64,000 bases of DNA from an uncultured Gammaproteobacteria bacterium (GCA_964493305.1 CAZBLW010000001.1:473513-537512), one strand, 5' to 3'; shown: positions 18,755 through 29,464, numbered from the stretch's first letter. Made by a program: numbers and translations. The notes: a model not told the origin generated them from the letters alone.

Positions 18755-18963
18755 TTTTCAACTATATACTTAAATCTTAAAATTTTTTTGTTATCCACGT
18801 TTATTTTTTGTAAAAACATTTCTATAGGCCTTACCCAAATTTGTCCATCAGCTAAACTTTTATAAACTACTAACTCCTCTTTGGTTTCACTGTGTTTGGC
18901 TACACCAATAACTCGATAATAACCGCCTTGGTAATGTTGGTATTTACCTATCTTTATTTGCAT
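18751..18963 (-). CDS. DUF1653-domain protein
   Basis: GKYQHYQGGYYRVIGVAKHSETKEELVVY...WVRPIEMF...RF; start at MQIK (18963). Confidence 0.88.
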   Translation of the reverse strand: MQIKIGKYQHYQGGYYRVIGVAKHSETKEELVVYKSLADGQIWVRPIEMFLQKINVDNKKILRFKYIVEK

Positions 18964-18988
18964 TATTTTAAAATAAGAAATAATACAA

Positions 18989-21742
18989 TCAAGCTCCGTG
19001 ACAGCGTTTATATTTTTTACCAGAGCCACAAGGACAGAGATCGTTACGTCCAACCTTTTTGCCAGCAACATGAGAATAATCTTGACTAGCTACTTGACTG
19101 GATGAACTATTGGGTAAAGTGGATTTAGCTTGTCCTTTGTCCATGGTTTTTGCAGGGGCTGACATTATTAACCCTTTACGTTGCAACGGTGAACGTAAAG
19201 AAAGTTCTTGAGCTTGAATAACTTTAAATATAGAATAAACAACTTGATTTTGTATTGATTGAATTAACTCGTTAAACAAACGATAAGCTTCTTTTTTATA
19301 TTCAACCAAAGGATCGCGCTGACCATAACCCCTTAGTCCAATCCCCTGTCTGATACGATCTAGAGTATCTATATGAGCAATCCAATGAATATCAATTGCT
19401 CGTAAATAAACGGCTTTTTCAATTTGTCTCATTACTTGAGCATTTTCTCCTAACGGACCACGTAAAATTTGTTTTTCTAATAAGTCATAATGAACCTTTA
19501 TATCCGAATATATTTTTTCAATAATCTCCGTTCGATATTGTGCTTGAGCAGCACCATCAAATTTTTCGCGGGAAAGACCTTCTAACTGATTTAAAAAATT
19601 TTGTTCTACAGGATAAATTGTCTTTATCGTTTCAAAAATTTCTTTAATATTCCAATCACCAACCTTTTCAGCAGCGGTATGAAAAGAAACAACTTGCTCA
19701 ACCTCGTCTTGAATTATCTGCCAAATTAAATTTTTTAATTCTGATTTTTCATTATTGATATTATTTTTAATATCTCGCTCAGCAGCTTCTAAAACATCCG
19801 TGCGTTTACGATAAATTGTTTCTCGATGTTTATTGATAACGTCATCATACTCCACTAAATGTTTGCGTATATCAAAGTTATGACCTTCTATCTTTTTTTG
19901 AGCTGTTTCGATTGATTTACTAATAATTCTATTCTCAATCGGCATATCTTCAGGAACTTTTAAGGTGGTCATAATCGCTTTCATTCTATCTGATCCAAAA
20001 ATTCTCATTAAATCATCTTCCATGGAAATATAAAATTGCGTACTACCAGGATCACCTTGACGTCCACTCCGACCTCGCAACTGGTTGTCAATTCTTCTAG
20101 ATTCATGACGCTCAGTACCAATAACGTGTAGACCACCGGCTTTTTTTACTTGACTATGCAACTCAGAATCAAAAGGTTGACCACCTAAAATTATATCCAC
20201 GCCACGACCTGCCATATTGGTAGCGACGGTCACGGCACCAGGCCTACCGGCTTGAGCTATTATTTCAGCTTCCCTGGCATGATTTTTAGCGTTTAATATT
20301 TCGTGCTTAATACCAGCACGTTCCAATAAAGAATGTAATAATTCATTTTTTTCTACCGAAACAGTACCAATCAAAATAGGCTGTCCCTGACTAACTCTTT
20401 TCTTAACTTCTTTAATTAAAGCATTGTATTTACCTTGTTCAGTCTTATAAATAGAATCTTCTAAATCTTTTCTAACTACCGTTCGATTGGTAGGAATAAC
20501 AGTTACCTCTAAAGCATAAATTTTATAAAATTCTTCTGCTTCAGTATAAGCTGTACCAGTCATGCCAGATAATTTCTCGTACATACGAAAATAGTTCTGA
20601 AAAGTAATCGAGGCCAAAGTCTGTGATTCTTGTTGTACTTTGACACCCTCTTTGGCTTCAATGGCTTGATGTAAACCTTCTGAATAACGTCTGCCTTGCA
20701 TTAAACGTCCAGTAAATTCATCAACAATAATCACTTCACCCTCTTTGACAATATAATCTCGGTCTTTCAAAAATAAGGTCTTGGCCTTTAGAGCGTTTTC
20801 AATATGATAAACTAAATCTAATTGTTGATCGGTATAAATATTTTCTACTTGTAAAATTTTTTCCACCCGAGAAATGCCAGCTTCAGTCAAAGTAACAGCT
20901 CGCATTTTTTCATCAACATTATAATCTTGATTTTCTACTAACTGTCGTGCTATTTGAGCAAATTGTTGATACTGATCTTCTGATTCTTCTGCTGGTGCAG
21001 AGATTATCAACGGAGTTCTCGCCTCATCAATCAAAATCGAATCAATTTCGTCAATAATTGTGTAATATAATGGCCGTTGGACTATTTGATTGGTTTCAAT
21101 CGCCATATTGTCTCGTAAATAATCAAAGCCAAATTCATTATTTGTTCCATAGGTAATATCTGCCTGATAAGCTTCGGCTCGGGTACAAGGTTTTAAATTT
21201 TCCATATCAACCACTACTGCTGATTCATCTGTAACTTGATGAGTAGGATCATAAATATATGATACGCCTTGTTGTTGAATACAAGATACGGACAAACCTA
21301 AAAAATTATAAATTTTACCCATCCAAACAGCATCGCGTCTAGCCAAATAATCATTGACTGTAACCAAATGAACACCTTTTCCGGCTAAAGCATTTAAATA
21401 AAGTGACAAGGTAGCAACTAAAGTTTTGCCTTCACCAGTTTTCATTTCAGCAATTTGTCCTTGATGTAAAACAATACCACCAAGCAATTGCACATCAAAA
21501 TGTCTCATGCCAGTTGTTCGGCGAGAAGTTTCTCTAACTACAGCAAAAACTTCCGGTAAAATATCATCCAACGTACTGCCCTGTTTTATCAAGTCTTTAA
21601 AATAACCGGTTTTTTCTTGTAATTCCAAATCTGATAACTTTTTGATCGAATCTTCTAAGTTATTTATTTTATCTACTAGCGGCTGGATTGACTTTAAGTA
21701 TTTTTCATTGGGATCACCAAATATTTTATTGATTATTTTCAT
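18989..21742 (-). CDS. secA: Preprotein translocase ATPase SecA
   Basis: EMKTGEGKT, DEIDSILIDEARTP, ATNMAGRG, C-terminal SEC-C CPCGSGKKYKRCH. Confidence 0.99.
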   Translation of the reverse strand: MKIINKIFGDPNEKYLKSIQPLVDKINNLEDSIKKLSDLELQEKTGYFKDLIKQGSTLDDILPEVFAVVRETSRRTTGMRHFDVQLLGGIVLHQGQIAEMKTGEGKTLVATLSLYLNALAGKGVHLVTVNDYLARRDAVWMGKIYNFLGLSVSCIQQQGVSYIYDPTHQVTDESAVVVDMENLKPCTRAEAYQADITYGTNNEFGFDYLRDNMAIETNQIVQRPLYYTIIDEIDSILIDEARTPLIISAPAEESEDQYQQFAQIARQLVENQDYNVDEKMRAVTLTEAGISRVEKILQVENIYTDQQLDLVYHIENALKAKTLFLKDRDYIVKEGEVIIVDEFTGRLMQGRRYSEGLHQAIEAKEGVKVQQESQTLASITFQNYFRMYEKLSGMTGTAYTEAEEFYKIYALEVTVIPTNRTVVRKDLEDSIYKTEQGKYNALIKEVKKRVSQGQPILIGTVSVEKNELLHSLLERAGIKHEILNAKNHAREAEIIAQAGRPGAVTVATNMAGRGVDIILGGQPFDSELHSQVKKAGGLHVIGTERHESRRIDNQLRGRSGRQGDPGSTQFYISMEDDLMRIFGSDRMKAIMTTLKVPEDMPIENRIISKSIETAQKKIEGHNFDIRKHLVEYDDVINKHRETIYRKRTDVLEAAERDIKNNINNEKSELKNLIWQIIQDEVEQVVSFHTAAEKVGDWNIKEIFETIKTIYPVEQNFLNQLEGLSREKFDGAAQAQYRTEIIEKIYSDIKVHYDLLEKQILRGPLGENAQVMRQIEKAVYLRAIDIHWIAHIDTLDRIRQGIGLRGYGQRDPLVEYKKEAYRLFNELIQSIQNQVVYSIFKVIQAQELSLRSPLQRKGLIMSAPAKTMDKGQAKSTLPNSSSSQVASQDYSHVAGKKVGRNDLCPCGSGKKYKRCHGA

Positions 21743-21784
21743 AAATTGAACATTATCTTAACACGATTTTAAACTTAAACCAAA

Positions 21785-22096
21785 TTAACGGCGGTGTTGA
21801 TCAATGCTTTTTTTTCTAGTTTTGGCTAACAATAACTTCAGGTGATCCTTAACTTTATTTACCGCTTTTTCAAATGATACGGCAGTTTTTTCTACCCTTA
21901 TCATCTTGCCGTTCAATAATACATTAGCCTCACAACGTATAACCTCACCTTTTAAATGTTTGGCATCTTGTTCAATTTCAATTCTTATTTCTGATATTTT
22001 TTTATTATATTTTTCTGTAGTGGTAAATTTTTCTACCACATATTCTTTCATTTCATCACTGAGATCAATATTGGTTGATTTAATTAAAATATTCAT
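21785..22096 (-). CDS. raiA: Ribosome hibernation factor HPF/RaiA (short form)
   Basis: MNILIKSTNIDLS...YVVEKF...CEANV; lies next to secA as in many bacteria. Confidence 0.85.
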   Translation of the reverse strand: MNILIKSTNIDLSDEMKEYVVEKFTTTEKYNKKISEIRIEIEQDAKHLKGEVIRCEANVLLNGKMIRVEKTAVSFEKAVNKVKDHLKLLLAKTRKKSIDQHRR

Positions 22097-22105
22097 AAAT
22101 TTTGT

Positions 22106-22690
22106 TTAATTATCTGAAATAATTTGATAGTTATCTCTAAGTTGAATACCGAGTTTATCCCTTACTTGCTGTTTTAAATAAGAAGTCATAACAACCACAT
22201 CATCAATACTAACTTCACCTGTATTTATCGCCAAATTGGGGTTATCAGGTGCTTGTTTAAGACCACCAAATTTTTTATTTACCAGACCTAGTGCGGAAAA
22301 AATTATATTAGGATCTAATTTTTTTTCAGTATTTACTGAACTAATAATATCTTTAGTAATTAATATTTTTTTTATTGTCTCATCAATATCTATAGACATA
22401 AATAATTTAATAGATTTTGTTTGATCTTGAGCGGCGGTTGCTAAACAAATTACTAATTTATCAGTGATATTCCCGGCAATCAAGATGTCGTCGTTTAACT
22501 TTAGAACTACATGTGGTAATTGGTTAGCAATAGCCGTTTGCCGAGCTTGCTCAAACTTGTCTTCATCGTTATAAAGTAATAAAAATTTAGCTAAACCACC
22601 AAGGCCAATCTTGGTAAAATTGGCCAAAGCAATGTCTGTCTTCAATTGCTGACCAAAAAGTGCCTTTAACTTGTTTAAATCAATACTCAT
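22106..22690 (-). CDS. Degenerate MurB-like protein (internal deletion, catalytic residues lost)
   Basis: N-terminal LANFTKIGLGGLAKF and C-terminal FGGLKQAPDNPNLAINTG...VRDKLGIQLRDNYQII resemble MurB termini; directly after murC; only 194 aa. Confidence 0.6.
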   Translation of the reverse strand: MSIDLNKLKALFGQQLKTDIALANFTKIGLGGLAKFLLLYNDEDKFEQARQTAIANQLPHVVLKLNDDILIAGNITDKLVICLATAAQDQTKSIKLFMSIDIDETIKKILITKDIISSVNTEKKLDPNIIFSALGLVNKKFGGLKQAPDNPNLAINTGEVSIDDVVVMTSYLKQQVRDKLGIQLRDNYQIISDN

Positions 22691-22692
22691 AA

Positions 22693-24075
22693 CTATTTTA
22701 AATTTAACAAATTCTCACCCACTCGCCAAACATCACCGGCGCCCATAGTAATAATCAAACAATCATCTAATAATTTATCAGCTAAATATTCAACTGCTCC
22801 GGATATATCATGAACATATAAGGCATTATGACTAATTTGATTGATAGCTTCAGTGAGTTCATAAGAACTAATCCCCCCCTGTTGTTCTCTGGCACTGCCA
22901 TAGATATCCAATAACAAAACCTTATCTACATTGGTAAAACTTTTGATAAAATCATCTTTTAACTTTAGGGTACGAGTAAATGTATGAGGATGAAAAACTA
23001 CAAAAATTTTTTTCTGAGGAAAATATTTTTTCACCATGGTCAAAGTAGCTTGAATTTCTTTGGGATGATGAGCAAAGTCGTCATAAATTAAACAATTTTT
23101 AATTTCACCTTTTTTTTCAAATCTCCTCTCCGTACCTAAAAATTTTTCTAAACCCATGATTAGCTGTTCTTTAGCTGCACCCATCTTTTCCGCTGTAGCC
23201 AAAGCTGCTAGCGCATTTAAAATATTGAAATCACCTTTTAAATTAATTGAGACTTGGTGCCAAAATTTTTCTTGTTTATAAATACTAAAACTAGTTAAAT
23301 TATTTTTTAATTGAATATTTTTTGCTTGCCAATCAGCCGCTGGATTAAAGCCAAAAGTAACTAATTCACCCGGAAAACCTGTTATCAATTGGGCAACATT
23401 TTTATTGTCATTACCAGCTACCAAAAATCCGTCGGCAGGAATTTTATTTATATAATCAGCAAATACCCGTTGATATTCGTCGGGAGTGGGAAAAAAATCA
23501 GGGTGATCCCAATCTATATTATTTAAGACAATAATTTTTGGATAATAAAATTTTAATTTATTTTGATATTCATCTGTTTCTACTACCAACCAATCTGATT
23601 TGCCAACTAAAGTAGAACCATTAAATTGAGGTACATTTGACCCAATAATAGCCGAAGGATCAAAACCTGCCGTTTGTAATAAAAATGCCAACCAAGCCGT
23701 AGTAGTGGTTTTACCATGAGTACCTGCTATCCCAATTGTTTTTTTGGTATTTATTAGTTCTGCTAAAGCCTCTGGATAACTCAGTAAAGGTATTTTTTTT
23801 TGCTTGGCCAACAAACAAAGCGGATGTTCATCAGGCTTATAGGCGGTTGAATAAATTAACAAATCTATATTGTCAGGCAGTTTAGTTAAATTATCGTCTA
23901 CAAAATATTTTATTTTGTAAGTATTTAAAATTTTGTCGGTATAAAACTTTTCACTGGTATCCCAACCTAAAACATTTTTTTTCAAACCTTGTAACATCAA
24001 CGCCAAAGATGTCATTCCCCCACCCTTAATACCAACCAAAAATATATTTTTACTACTGGCTATTTTTTCTAGCAT
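22693..24075 (-). CDS. murC: UDP-N-acetylmuramate--L-alanine ligase
   Basis: GIKGGGM, GTHGKTTT, ETDE, DDFAHHP, FHPHTFTRT, MGAGD. Confidence 0.97.
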   Translation of the reverse strand: MLEKIASSKNIFLVGIKGGGMTSLALMLQGLKKNVLGWDTSEKFYTDKILNTYKIKYFVDDNLTKLPDNIDLLIYSTAYKPDEHPLCLLAKQKKIPLLSYPEALAELINTKKTIGIAGTHGKTTTTAWLAFLLQTAGFDPSAIIGSNVPQFNGSTLVGKSDWLVVETDEYQNKLKFYYPKIIVLNNIDWDHPDFFPTPDEYQRVFADYINKIPADGFLVAGNDNKNVAQLITGFPGELVTFGFNPAADWQAKNIQLKNNLTSFSIYKQEKFWHQVSINLKGDFNILNALAALATAEKMGAAKEQLIMGLEKFLGTERRFEKKGEIKNCLIYDDFAHHPKEIQATLTMVKKYFPQKKIFVVFHPHTFTRTLKLKDDFIKSFTNVDKVLLLDIYGSAREQQGGISSYELTEAINQISHNALYVHDISGAVEYLADKLLDDCLIITMGAGDVWRVGENLLNLK

Positions 24076-25141
24076 ATATGTTTTTTATACAATCAGCGAT
24101 ATTTTTAGCAGCTTGGGGTTGATAAAATCTTCTTATATTATGACTAAGGAATCTTAATGAATCTTGATCAGAAATTAACTCTTTTAAATCATCAATTAAA
24201 CTTTGACTTGAAATTTTATCCTGATCTAAGCAAATGGCAGCTTGTTGCTGACAAAAAAAGGTTGCATTAAATACTTGATGTGAGTTGGGTATGGGAACAA
24301 TTATAGTGGGTTTAGCTAGGGCTGCTAACTCGGAAAGAAAACCCATACCAGCCCGGGTTATTACCAAATCAGCCACAGCTAAAATATCCGGCATTTCATT
24401 TAAAATAAAATCAAACTGATGATACCTGGTCGAAAAATCTTTAAGGGCTAACGGGGCGATTTTTTTGTTTTTTCCGGTAATATGAATGACTTGAGAAAAT
24501 TGCAATAATTCTGGTAAAGCCCCGCTAATCAATTGGTTTAATTTCATAGCACCAGTACCACCTCCTACAACTAATATTGTCGATAAATTTTCTTCTAAAC
24601 TCAGTAATTGAATGGCTTTAGAACGGTTACCATATAAAATATTTTCTCTGATGGGATTGCCGGTATAAATTACTTTTTTTATTGAAAAATCTTGTTTTTG
24701 TTCAGAAAATGAAACTGAGATATTAGTAGCTAAAAAAGATAAAATCTTATTGGCTAAACCTACTTTAATATCTTGTTGATGTATAATTTGCGGACAACGA
24801 AATAAAAAAGCAACTAGTCCTGCCGGCACGGCAACAAAACTACCGGCACTCACCATAACAGCAGGTCTAAATTTTATAAAATAATAAATAGATTGGATAA
24901 AACCAAATAAAATTAGGAAAATATCAAAAAAATTCTGCCAAGCAAAATAACGTCTAAGTTTTCCAGAAAAAATTGGTATGAATTTTATATCAGCCGCCAA
25001 AACTAAATTTTTTTCTGGACCTCGATATGTACCCAACCAAATAAATTCAACCTCTGCTACTTGGGTTCTTAAAAATTGTGCTACGGAAATTAATGGTGTT
25101 ACCGAGCCGCCAGTACCACCTCCGACTAATAAAATTTTCAT
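24053..25141 (-). CDS. murG: Lipid II GlcNAc transferase MurG
   Basis: GGGTGGS, GKLRRY, TGNPIR, GGGTGA, HQVFNA. Confidence 0.96.
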   Translation of the reverse strand: MKILLVGGGTGGSVTPLISVAQFLRTQVAEVEFIWLGTYRGPEKNLVLAADIKFIPIFSGKLRRYFAWQNFFDIFLILFGFIQSIYYFIKFRPAVMVSAGSFVAVPAGLVAFLFRCPQIIHQQDIKVGLANKILSFLATNISVSFSEQKQDFSIKKVIYTGNPIRENILYGNRSKAIQLLSLEENLSTILVVGGGTGAMKLNQLISGALPELLQFSQVIHITGKNKKIAPLALKDFSTRYHQFDFILNEMPDILAVADLVITRAGMGFLSELAALAKPTIIVPIPNSHQVFNATFFCQQQAAICLDQDKISSQSLIDDLKELISDQDSLRFLSHNIRRFYQPQAAKNIADCIKNIYARKNSQ

Positions 25142-26304
25142 ATTTTTGTTTTGGAATATTTAGAAATATTAAAAACTATACCCATACCAGCTAGTAACAT
25201 TGCCAAGGAAGATGAACCGTAAGATATAAAGGGCAAAGTCGTACCAGTTAAGGGTACTAACCCCAACATTGCCATAATATTTAAAAAAGTTTGCCACAAC
25301 AATAAACTTAAAAAACCTAAAACAAAAAATTTAGAAAAATTATCTGGTGCACGCAGGGCAATGAGTAAAATACGATAAAAAAAATAAAAATATAAAGACA
25401 AAAATAATACTGTAAAAATAAACCCCAACTCCTCGGCAATAATGGCAAATATTGAATCACCTGCCACTTCTGGGAGATAATTGAACTTTTGTCGTGAATG
25501 GCCTAAACCACGACCTAAAATACCGCCTGAACCGATGGCTAAAATTGCTTGATTAATATGATAACCAATTCCTTGGGGATCAAGTTCAGGATTTAAAAAA
25601 ACCATCAATCTAGCAGCGCGATAAGAAGAATTCTTAATTAAAAAATAAAATATAGTAGAGCCAATAGTGACTAAAGTCATCAATAAACCGATCTGACCAC
25701 CAGCTAAATAGTACATAGTCATACTAACAGCAACAATCAATAAAGTGGTACCCATATCAGGTTGTAACAAAATTAATACACATATCAAAGCCAGTAATAC
25801 CAAAAATGGTAAAAAGGTTATTTTAAAATTCTTAATTTCTGATAAACGTGACTCAAACCAAGTAGCTAAATAAATTATTATTGCGATTTTGACATATTCA
25901 GAGGGTTGGAAAGTAAAACCTGGTAAATTTAACCAACGCCGACCTCCTAAAAATTCGATACCGATTCCCGGTATAAAAACCAATACCAACATCACAATAC
26001 CAACTACTAAAAATATCATAGCGTTGCGTTTGATAACTGGGTAAGGAATATGACTAGTAATAAAAAATAGAATAAAACCAAAAATTATTCCTTTTAAAAA
26101 CTGTTGTTTAAAAAGATAATAAGCGTCATGGTATTGATCAAAGGAAACTACACTCGATGCCGAAGCTAAAAAAACTAAACCAAAAATTAAAATAACTAGC
26201 AGTAATACTAACACGGTATAATCTGGTTCATAACCATCGTGTTTGTAAAAAAGCCAATCAAATATTTTTTTTGATTTTTGCTTTAAAGCGGGTCGGAAAG
26301 TCAT
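25138..26304 (-). CDS. ftsW: SEDS family protein FtsW
   Basis: RRWL, FQPSE, QPDMG, GYHINQ, LPEVAGDSIF, EELG, LPFISYG. Confidence 0.95.
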   Translation of the reverse strand: MTFRPALKQKSKKIFDWLFYKHDGYEPDYTVLVLLLVILIFGLVFLASASSVVSFDQYHDAYYLFKQQFLKGIIFGFILFFITSHIPYPVIKRNAMIFLVVGIVMLVLVFIPGIGIEFLGGRRWLNLPGFTFQPSEYVKIAIIIYLATWFESRLSEIKNFKITFLPFLVLLALICVLILLQPDMGTTLLIVAVSMTMYYLAGGQIGLLMTLVTIGSTIFYFLIKNSSYRAARLMVFLNPELDPQGIGYHINQAILAIGSGGILGRGLGHSRQKFNYLPEVAGDSIFAIIAEELGFIFTVLFLSLYFYFFYRILLIALRAPDNFSKFFVLGFLSLLLWQTFLNIMAMLGLVPLTGTTLPFISYGSSSLAMLLAGMGIVFNISKYSKTKI

Positions 26305-27704
26305 TTTAGTTTTTTAACTATTTTATTAAACTGTTCTCCACGATCAAATTCATTTTTGAAATTAGCAAAACTGGCAAAACCTGGCGAGAGTAAAATTGTA
26401 TCTCCGGTTTTTGCTAATTTTACAGCCGTTGCGACAAGATCAGACATGTTTTGAAAATTGGTAAAGAGTTTTGATTTTTTATAGTGGTTTTTTTCTAAAG
26501 CCAATAGTAACTCGTCGGAACCTTCACCAGCAAATAATAAACAGTATTTTACTTTGGATTTAATCTCCTTAGCTAGTAGCTCTACCGGTAATTTTTTTGA
26601 ACTACCACCGGCCAATAAAATGATATTTTTTTTAATCGTTTGTAAAGCTGCTATGGTAGCAACTGGTGCCGTGGCTGTAGTATCATTGATAAAAGTAATT
26701 CCTCTTATTTTTCTAACTGTTTCCAATCGACTACTAAAACCATGATACCGACTAACCACCTGGCTTATAATTTTGTTGGGAACTTGTAGAATTTTTGCTG
26801 CTAGTATAGCAGCTAAAGTATTTGCTAAATTATGTTCGCCGGCTAATTTAATTTTATTTTTAGCTATAATAAATTCATCACTGCCATTGTTTCTAAAATA
26901 AATACCTCCTTGTTTTATATAAACACCGCGATTAACTCTAAATTTTAGACTGTACCAATACTTTTTGCTGATTATTTTTTTTGCTAATTGCCTACTAACT
27001 GGATCATTTTGATTTAGAATAGCAATATCATTTTTTGTTTGATACTTAAAAATAAAAAATTTGGCAGCGATATATTCGTTGAAATTTTTATAACGATTTA
27101 AATGTTCCGGAGTTATGTTGGTCAATAAAGATATTTGCGGAGATTTTTTTATTATTTTCAATCCTTCTAACTGCCAGGAAGATAATTCTAAAATTACTTT
27201 GGTCCGCGGTTTGATTTGATCAATAAAACCAAACATGGTTTTAATTTTAATATTACCGCCTACCAAAGTATCAGGATAAAACTTACTACAAATCTCCCCC
27301 AGTAAATGAGTGGTTGTTGATTTTCCTTTGCTACCAGTAATTGCTAAAATTGGTTGATTGACTAATAAAAAAAATAAAGTAGCCTCATTGTAGATAAGAA
27401 TACCTTTGGCTTTAGCTGCTTGCAAAAAAAAATGATTATTGGGAACACCTGGATTTTGGATTATTAAATCAATTTTAGATAATAAACCAAGCTTAGGTTC
27501 TTGCCCTAAAATAATATTTTTTGAAGGAATAATTAACTGTTTTATGCTGGGTTTTAGTACTGCGGCTGTTTTTTTATCAGTTACTGTTACTTTGGCTCCT
27601 TGCCGTTGTAGCCAATTTGCCAGAGTTAAACCTCCGCCATGCACTCCTAAACCAAAAACTAAAACCCGTTTATTTTTTAACCAAGCGGCTGAATTTACCG
27701 TCAT
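26301..27704 (-). CDS. murD: UDP-MurNAc-L-Ala--D-glutamate ligase
   Basis: ITGSKGKSTT, GGNI, ELSSWQLE, NDTTAT, LLSPGFAS..FKNEFDRG. Confidence 0.97.
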   Translation of the reverse strand: MTVNSAAWLKNKRVLVFGLGVHGGGLTLANWLQRQGAKVTVTDKKTAAVLKPSIKQLIIPSKNIILGQEPKLGLLSKIDLIIQNPGVPNNHFFLQAAKAKGILIYNEATLFFLLVNQPILAITGSKGKSTTTHLLGEICSKFYPDTLVGGNIKIKTMFGFIDQIKPRTKVILELSSWQLEGLKIIKKSPQISLLTNITPEHLNRYKNFNEYIAAKFFIFKYQTKNDIAILNQNDPVSRQLAKKIISKKYWYSLKFRVNRGVYIKQGGIYFRNNGSDEFIIAKNKIKLAGEHNLANTLAAILAAKILQVPNKIISQVVSRYHGFSSRLETVRKIRGITFINDTTATAPVATIAALQTIKKNIILLAGGSSKKLPVELLAKEIKSKVKYCLLFAGEGSDELLLALEKNHYKKSKLFTNFQNMSDLVATAVKLAKTGDTILLSPGFASFANFKNEFDRGEQFNKIVKKLK

Positions 27705-27975
27705 ATTTTATGTATATAAAATCATACCATTGTAATCCAAAAAATATACCCGCCAATAAAGATGCGAGCCAAACTAAAACTGAAAACATAGTATGAATTG
27801 CTAACCAAATTTCGTAAGTAAAACCTAGGGAAAATTTATTAAAATCTTGTGATAAAAAATAAAGCACGGGAAATTCTGCTAAGGCATGAAAAATTATTCC
27901 CAATAAAAACCAAAAAATTATAGCCGCTAACAAATAAATTGTTTTAAACCAAAGTTGTTGATAATATTTTTTCAT
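27670..27975 (-). CDS. Small membrane protein (2 TM) within dcw cluster
   Basis: Hydrophobic 101-aa ORF filling the mraY-murD gap. Confidence 0.7.
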   Translation of the reverse strand: MKKYYQQLWFKTIYLLAAIIFWFLLGIIFHALAEFPVLYFLSQDFNKFSLGFTYEIWLAIHTMFSVLVWLASLLAGIFFGLQWYDFIYIKYDGKFSRLVKK

Positions 27976-27985
27976 AAATTAAAAT

Positions 27986-29032
27986 TTAGTATAGATAATC
28001 AACTAAAAAAACAATTAGACCAATAACCGCCATCACTGCTGATATAATCCAAAAACGCATTACTATTTTAGGTTCAGGCCAGCCGATAGCTTCAAAATGA
28101 TGATGTACTGGTGCTGACAAAAAAACTTTTTTACCAAATATTTTTTTAGCGATAATTTGTACAATTACGGATAAAGTTTCTAAAACAAATAAAAAACCTA
28201 TAATTGGTAAAAGTAAGACACTATTGGTCAGCATGGCCACAATCCCCAATGTAACACCTAAAGACATGGCGCCAGTATCTCCCATAAAAAATCTGGCAGG
28301 ATTTATATTAAACCAAAGAAAAGCCAACAAAGCTCCAACAATCGCTCCACAAAAGGCTGCTAAATTATACTTACCTTGAACAAAGGCAATAGCACCAAAA
28401 GCGGAAAAAGCCGCCAATAAACCACCACCGGCTAAACCATCAAGACCATCTGTTTCATTAACTGAAAAAGCGGTAGCTACAATAATAAAAATAAAAATAG
28501 GTATATACCAAATACCAATACTAAAATTTCCCAAAAAAGGAACATGGATAATATCCCAATCTAACTTGTAATAAAACCAATAAGCACCAGCAATGGCAAT
28601 TAAACTATAAGCCAATAATCGATGTTTTATTCTTAAGCCTCCACCATCTGAACCTAAGCCTTTAATATTTAAAAAATCGTCAAATAAACCTATGATCGCA
28701 CTAAAAATAAGAGCCCCCAATGGTAACCAGGTTTCAGATCTGGTCAAAAAATTTAGATCACCCAATGATTGCCATTCAGTTAAATGCCAAAAAGCATTGA
28801 TTAACAAAGCAAGGGTCAAAACCGTCAACCATACCAAAATACCACCCATTGTTGGTGTGCCTGATTTTATTTGGTGAAGTTTGGACATGATCGGAGCTGT
28901 TACTTCCGTACGAATACGTTTACCTAATTTATATTTATATAAAAAATGCGTTAATAAAGGTGTAAAAGCAATCGCCATTATAAAAGCTAAAACGGTTATA
29001 AAAAAAATTTTAATAATAGCGATCTCAATCAT
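27986..29032 (-). CDS. mraY: Phospho-MurNAc-pentapeptide transferase
   Basis: KSGTPTMGG, GLFDD, NETDGLDGL, FMGDTG, APVHHHFE. Confidence 0.97.
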   Translation of the reverse strand: MIEIAIIKIFFITVLAFIMAIAFTPLLTHFLYKYKLGKRIRTEVTAPIMSKLHQIKSGTPTMGGILVWLTVLTLALLINAFWHLTEWQSLGDLNFLTRSETWLPLGALIFSAIIGLFDDFLNIKGLGSDGGGLRIKHRLLAYSLIAIAGAYWFYYKLDWDIIHVPFLGNFSIGIWYIPIFIFIIVATAFSVNETDGLDGLAGGGLLAAFSAFGAIAFVQGKYNLAAFCGAIVGALLAFLWFNINPARFFMGDTGAMSLGVTLGIVAMLTNSVLLLPIIGFLFVLETLSVIVQIIAKKIFGKKVFLSAPVHHHFEAIGWPEPKIVMRFWIISAVMAVIGLIVFLVDYLY

Positions 29033-29040
29033 AAAAAACC

Positions 29041-29397
29041 TTAATTAAAATAAAAAATAATAACTAAAAATAATCCGAAAGTTAAAAAAATATTTAAAAC
29101 TGATGAGTACACTGCCAACCAATAAAATAGTTTTTTATTATGTTTATACCAAAACAGTCCCAAACCAAAATTCACAAACGACCAAATCAAACCCAGTAAT
29201 GGATACAAATACAAATAATAATTAGGTCCGTACCAATCTATACCATAATATATATTGTAATGTAGCGGAACAATTGCTTGATCTACTTTAATCCTGAAAT
29301 ATAACCAAAGAAAAATTAAAACTAAAAACAGTAAATTAACAATAAAAAAAATCGCTTTTTTCCAAGCCAAATTACGATTAGTAAATATATTAATCAT
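29041..29397 (-). CDS. Membrane protein, DUF1648-like
   Basis: 3 TM, VPLHYNIYYGIDWYG; start likely MINIF at 29397. Confidence 0.65.
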   Translation of the reverse strand: MINIFTNRNLAWKKAIFFIVNLLFLVLIFLWLYFRIKVDQAIVPLHYNIYYGIDWYGPNYYLYLYPLLGLIWSFVNFGLGLFWYKHNKKLFYWLAVYSSVLNIFLTFGLFLVIIFYFN

Positions 29398-29464
29398 AAC
29401 TATATCATCCAATAAAATATGACTTAAGTCAATACAAAACCACATTTTGGTAATTTTTGAAAAT

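Noticed and set aside
18964-19071. N-terminal extension of the DUF1653 ORF overlapping the secA 3' end
   Set aside because: The domain starts at MQIK (18963); the extension is an alternate frame of secA
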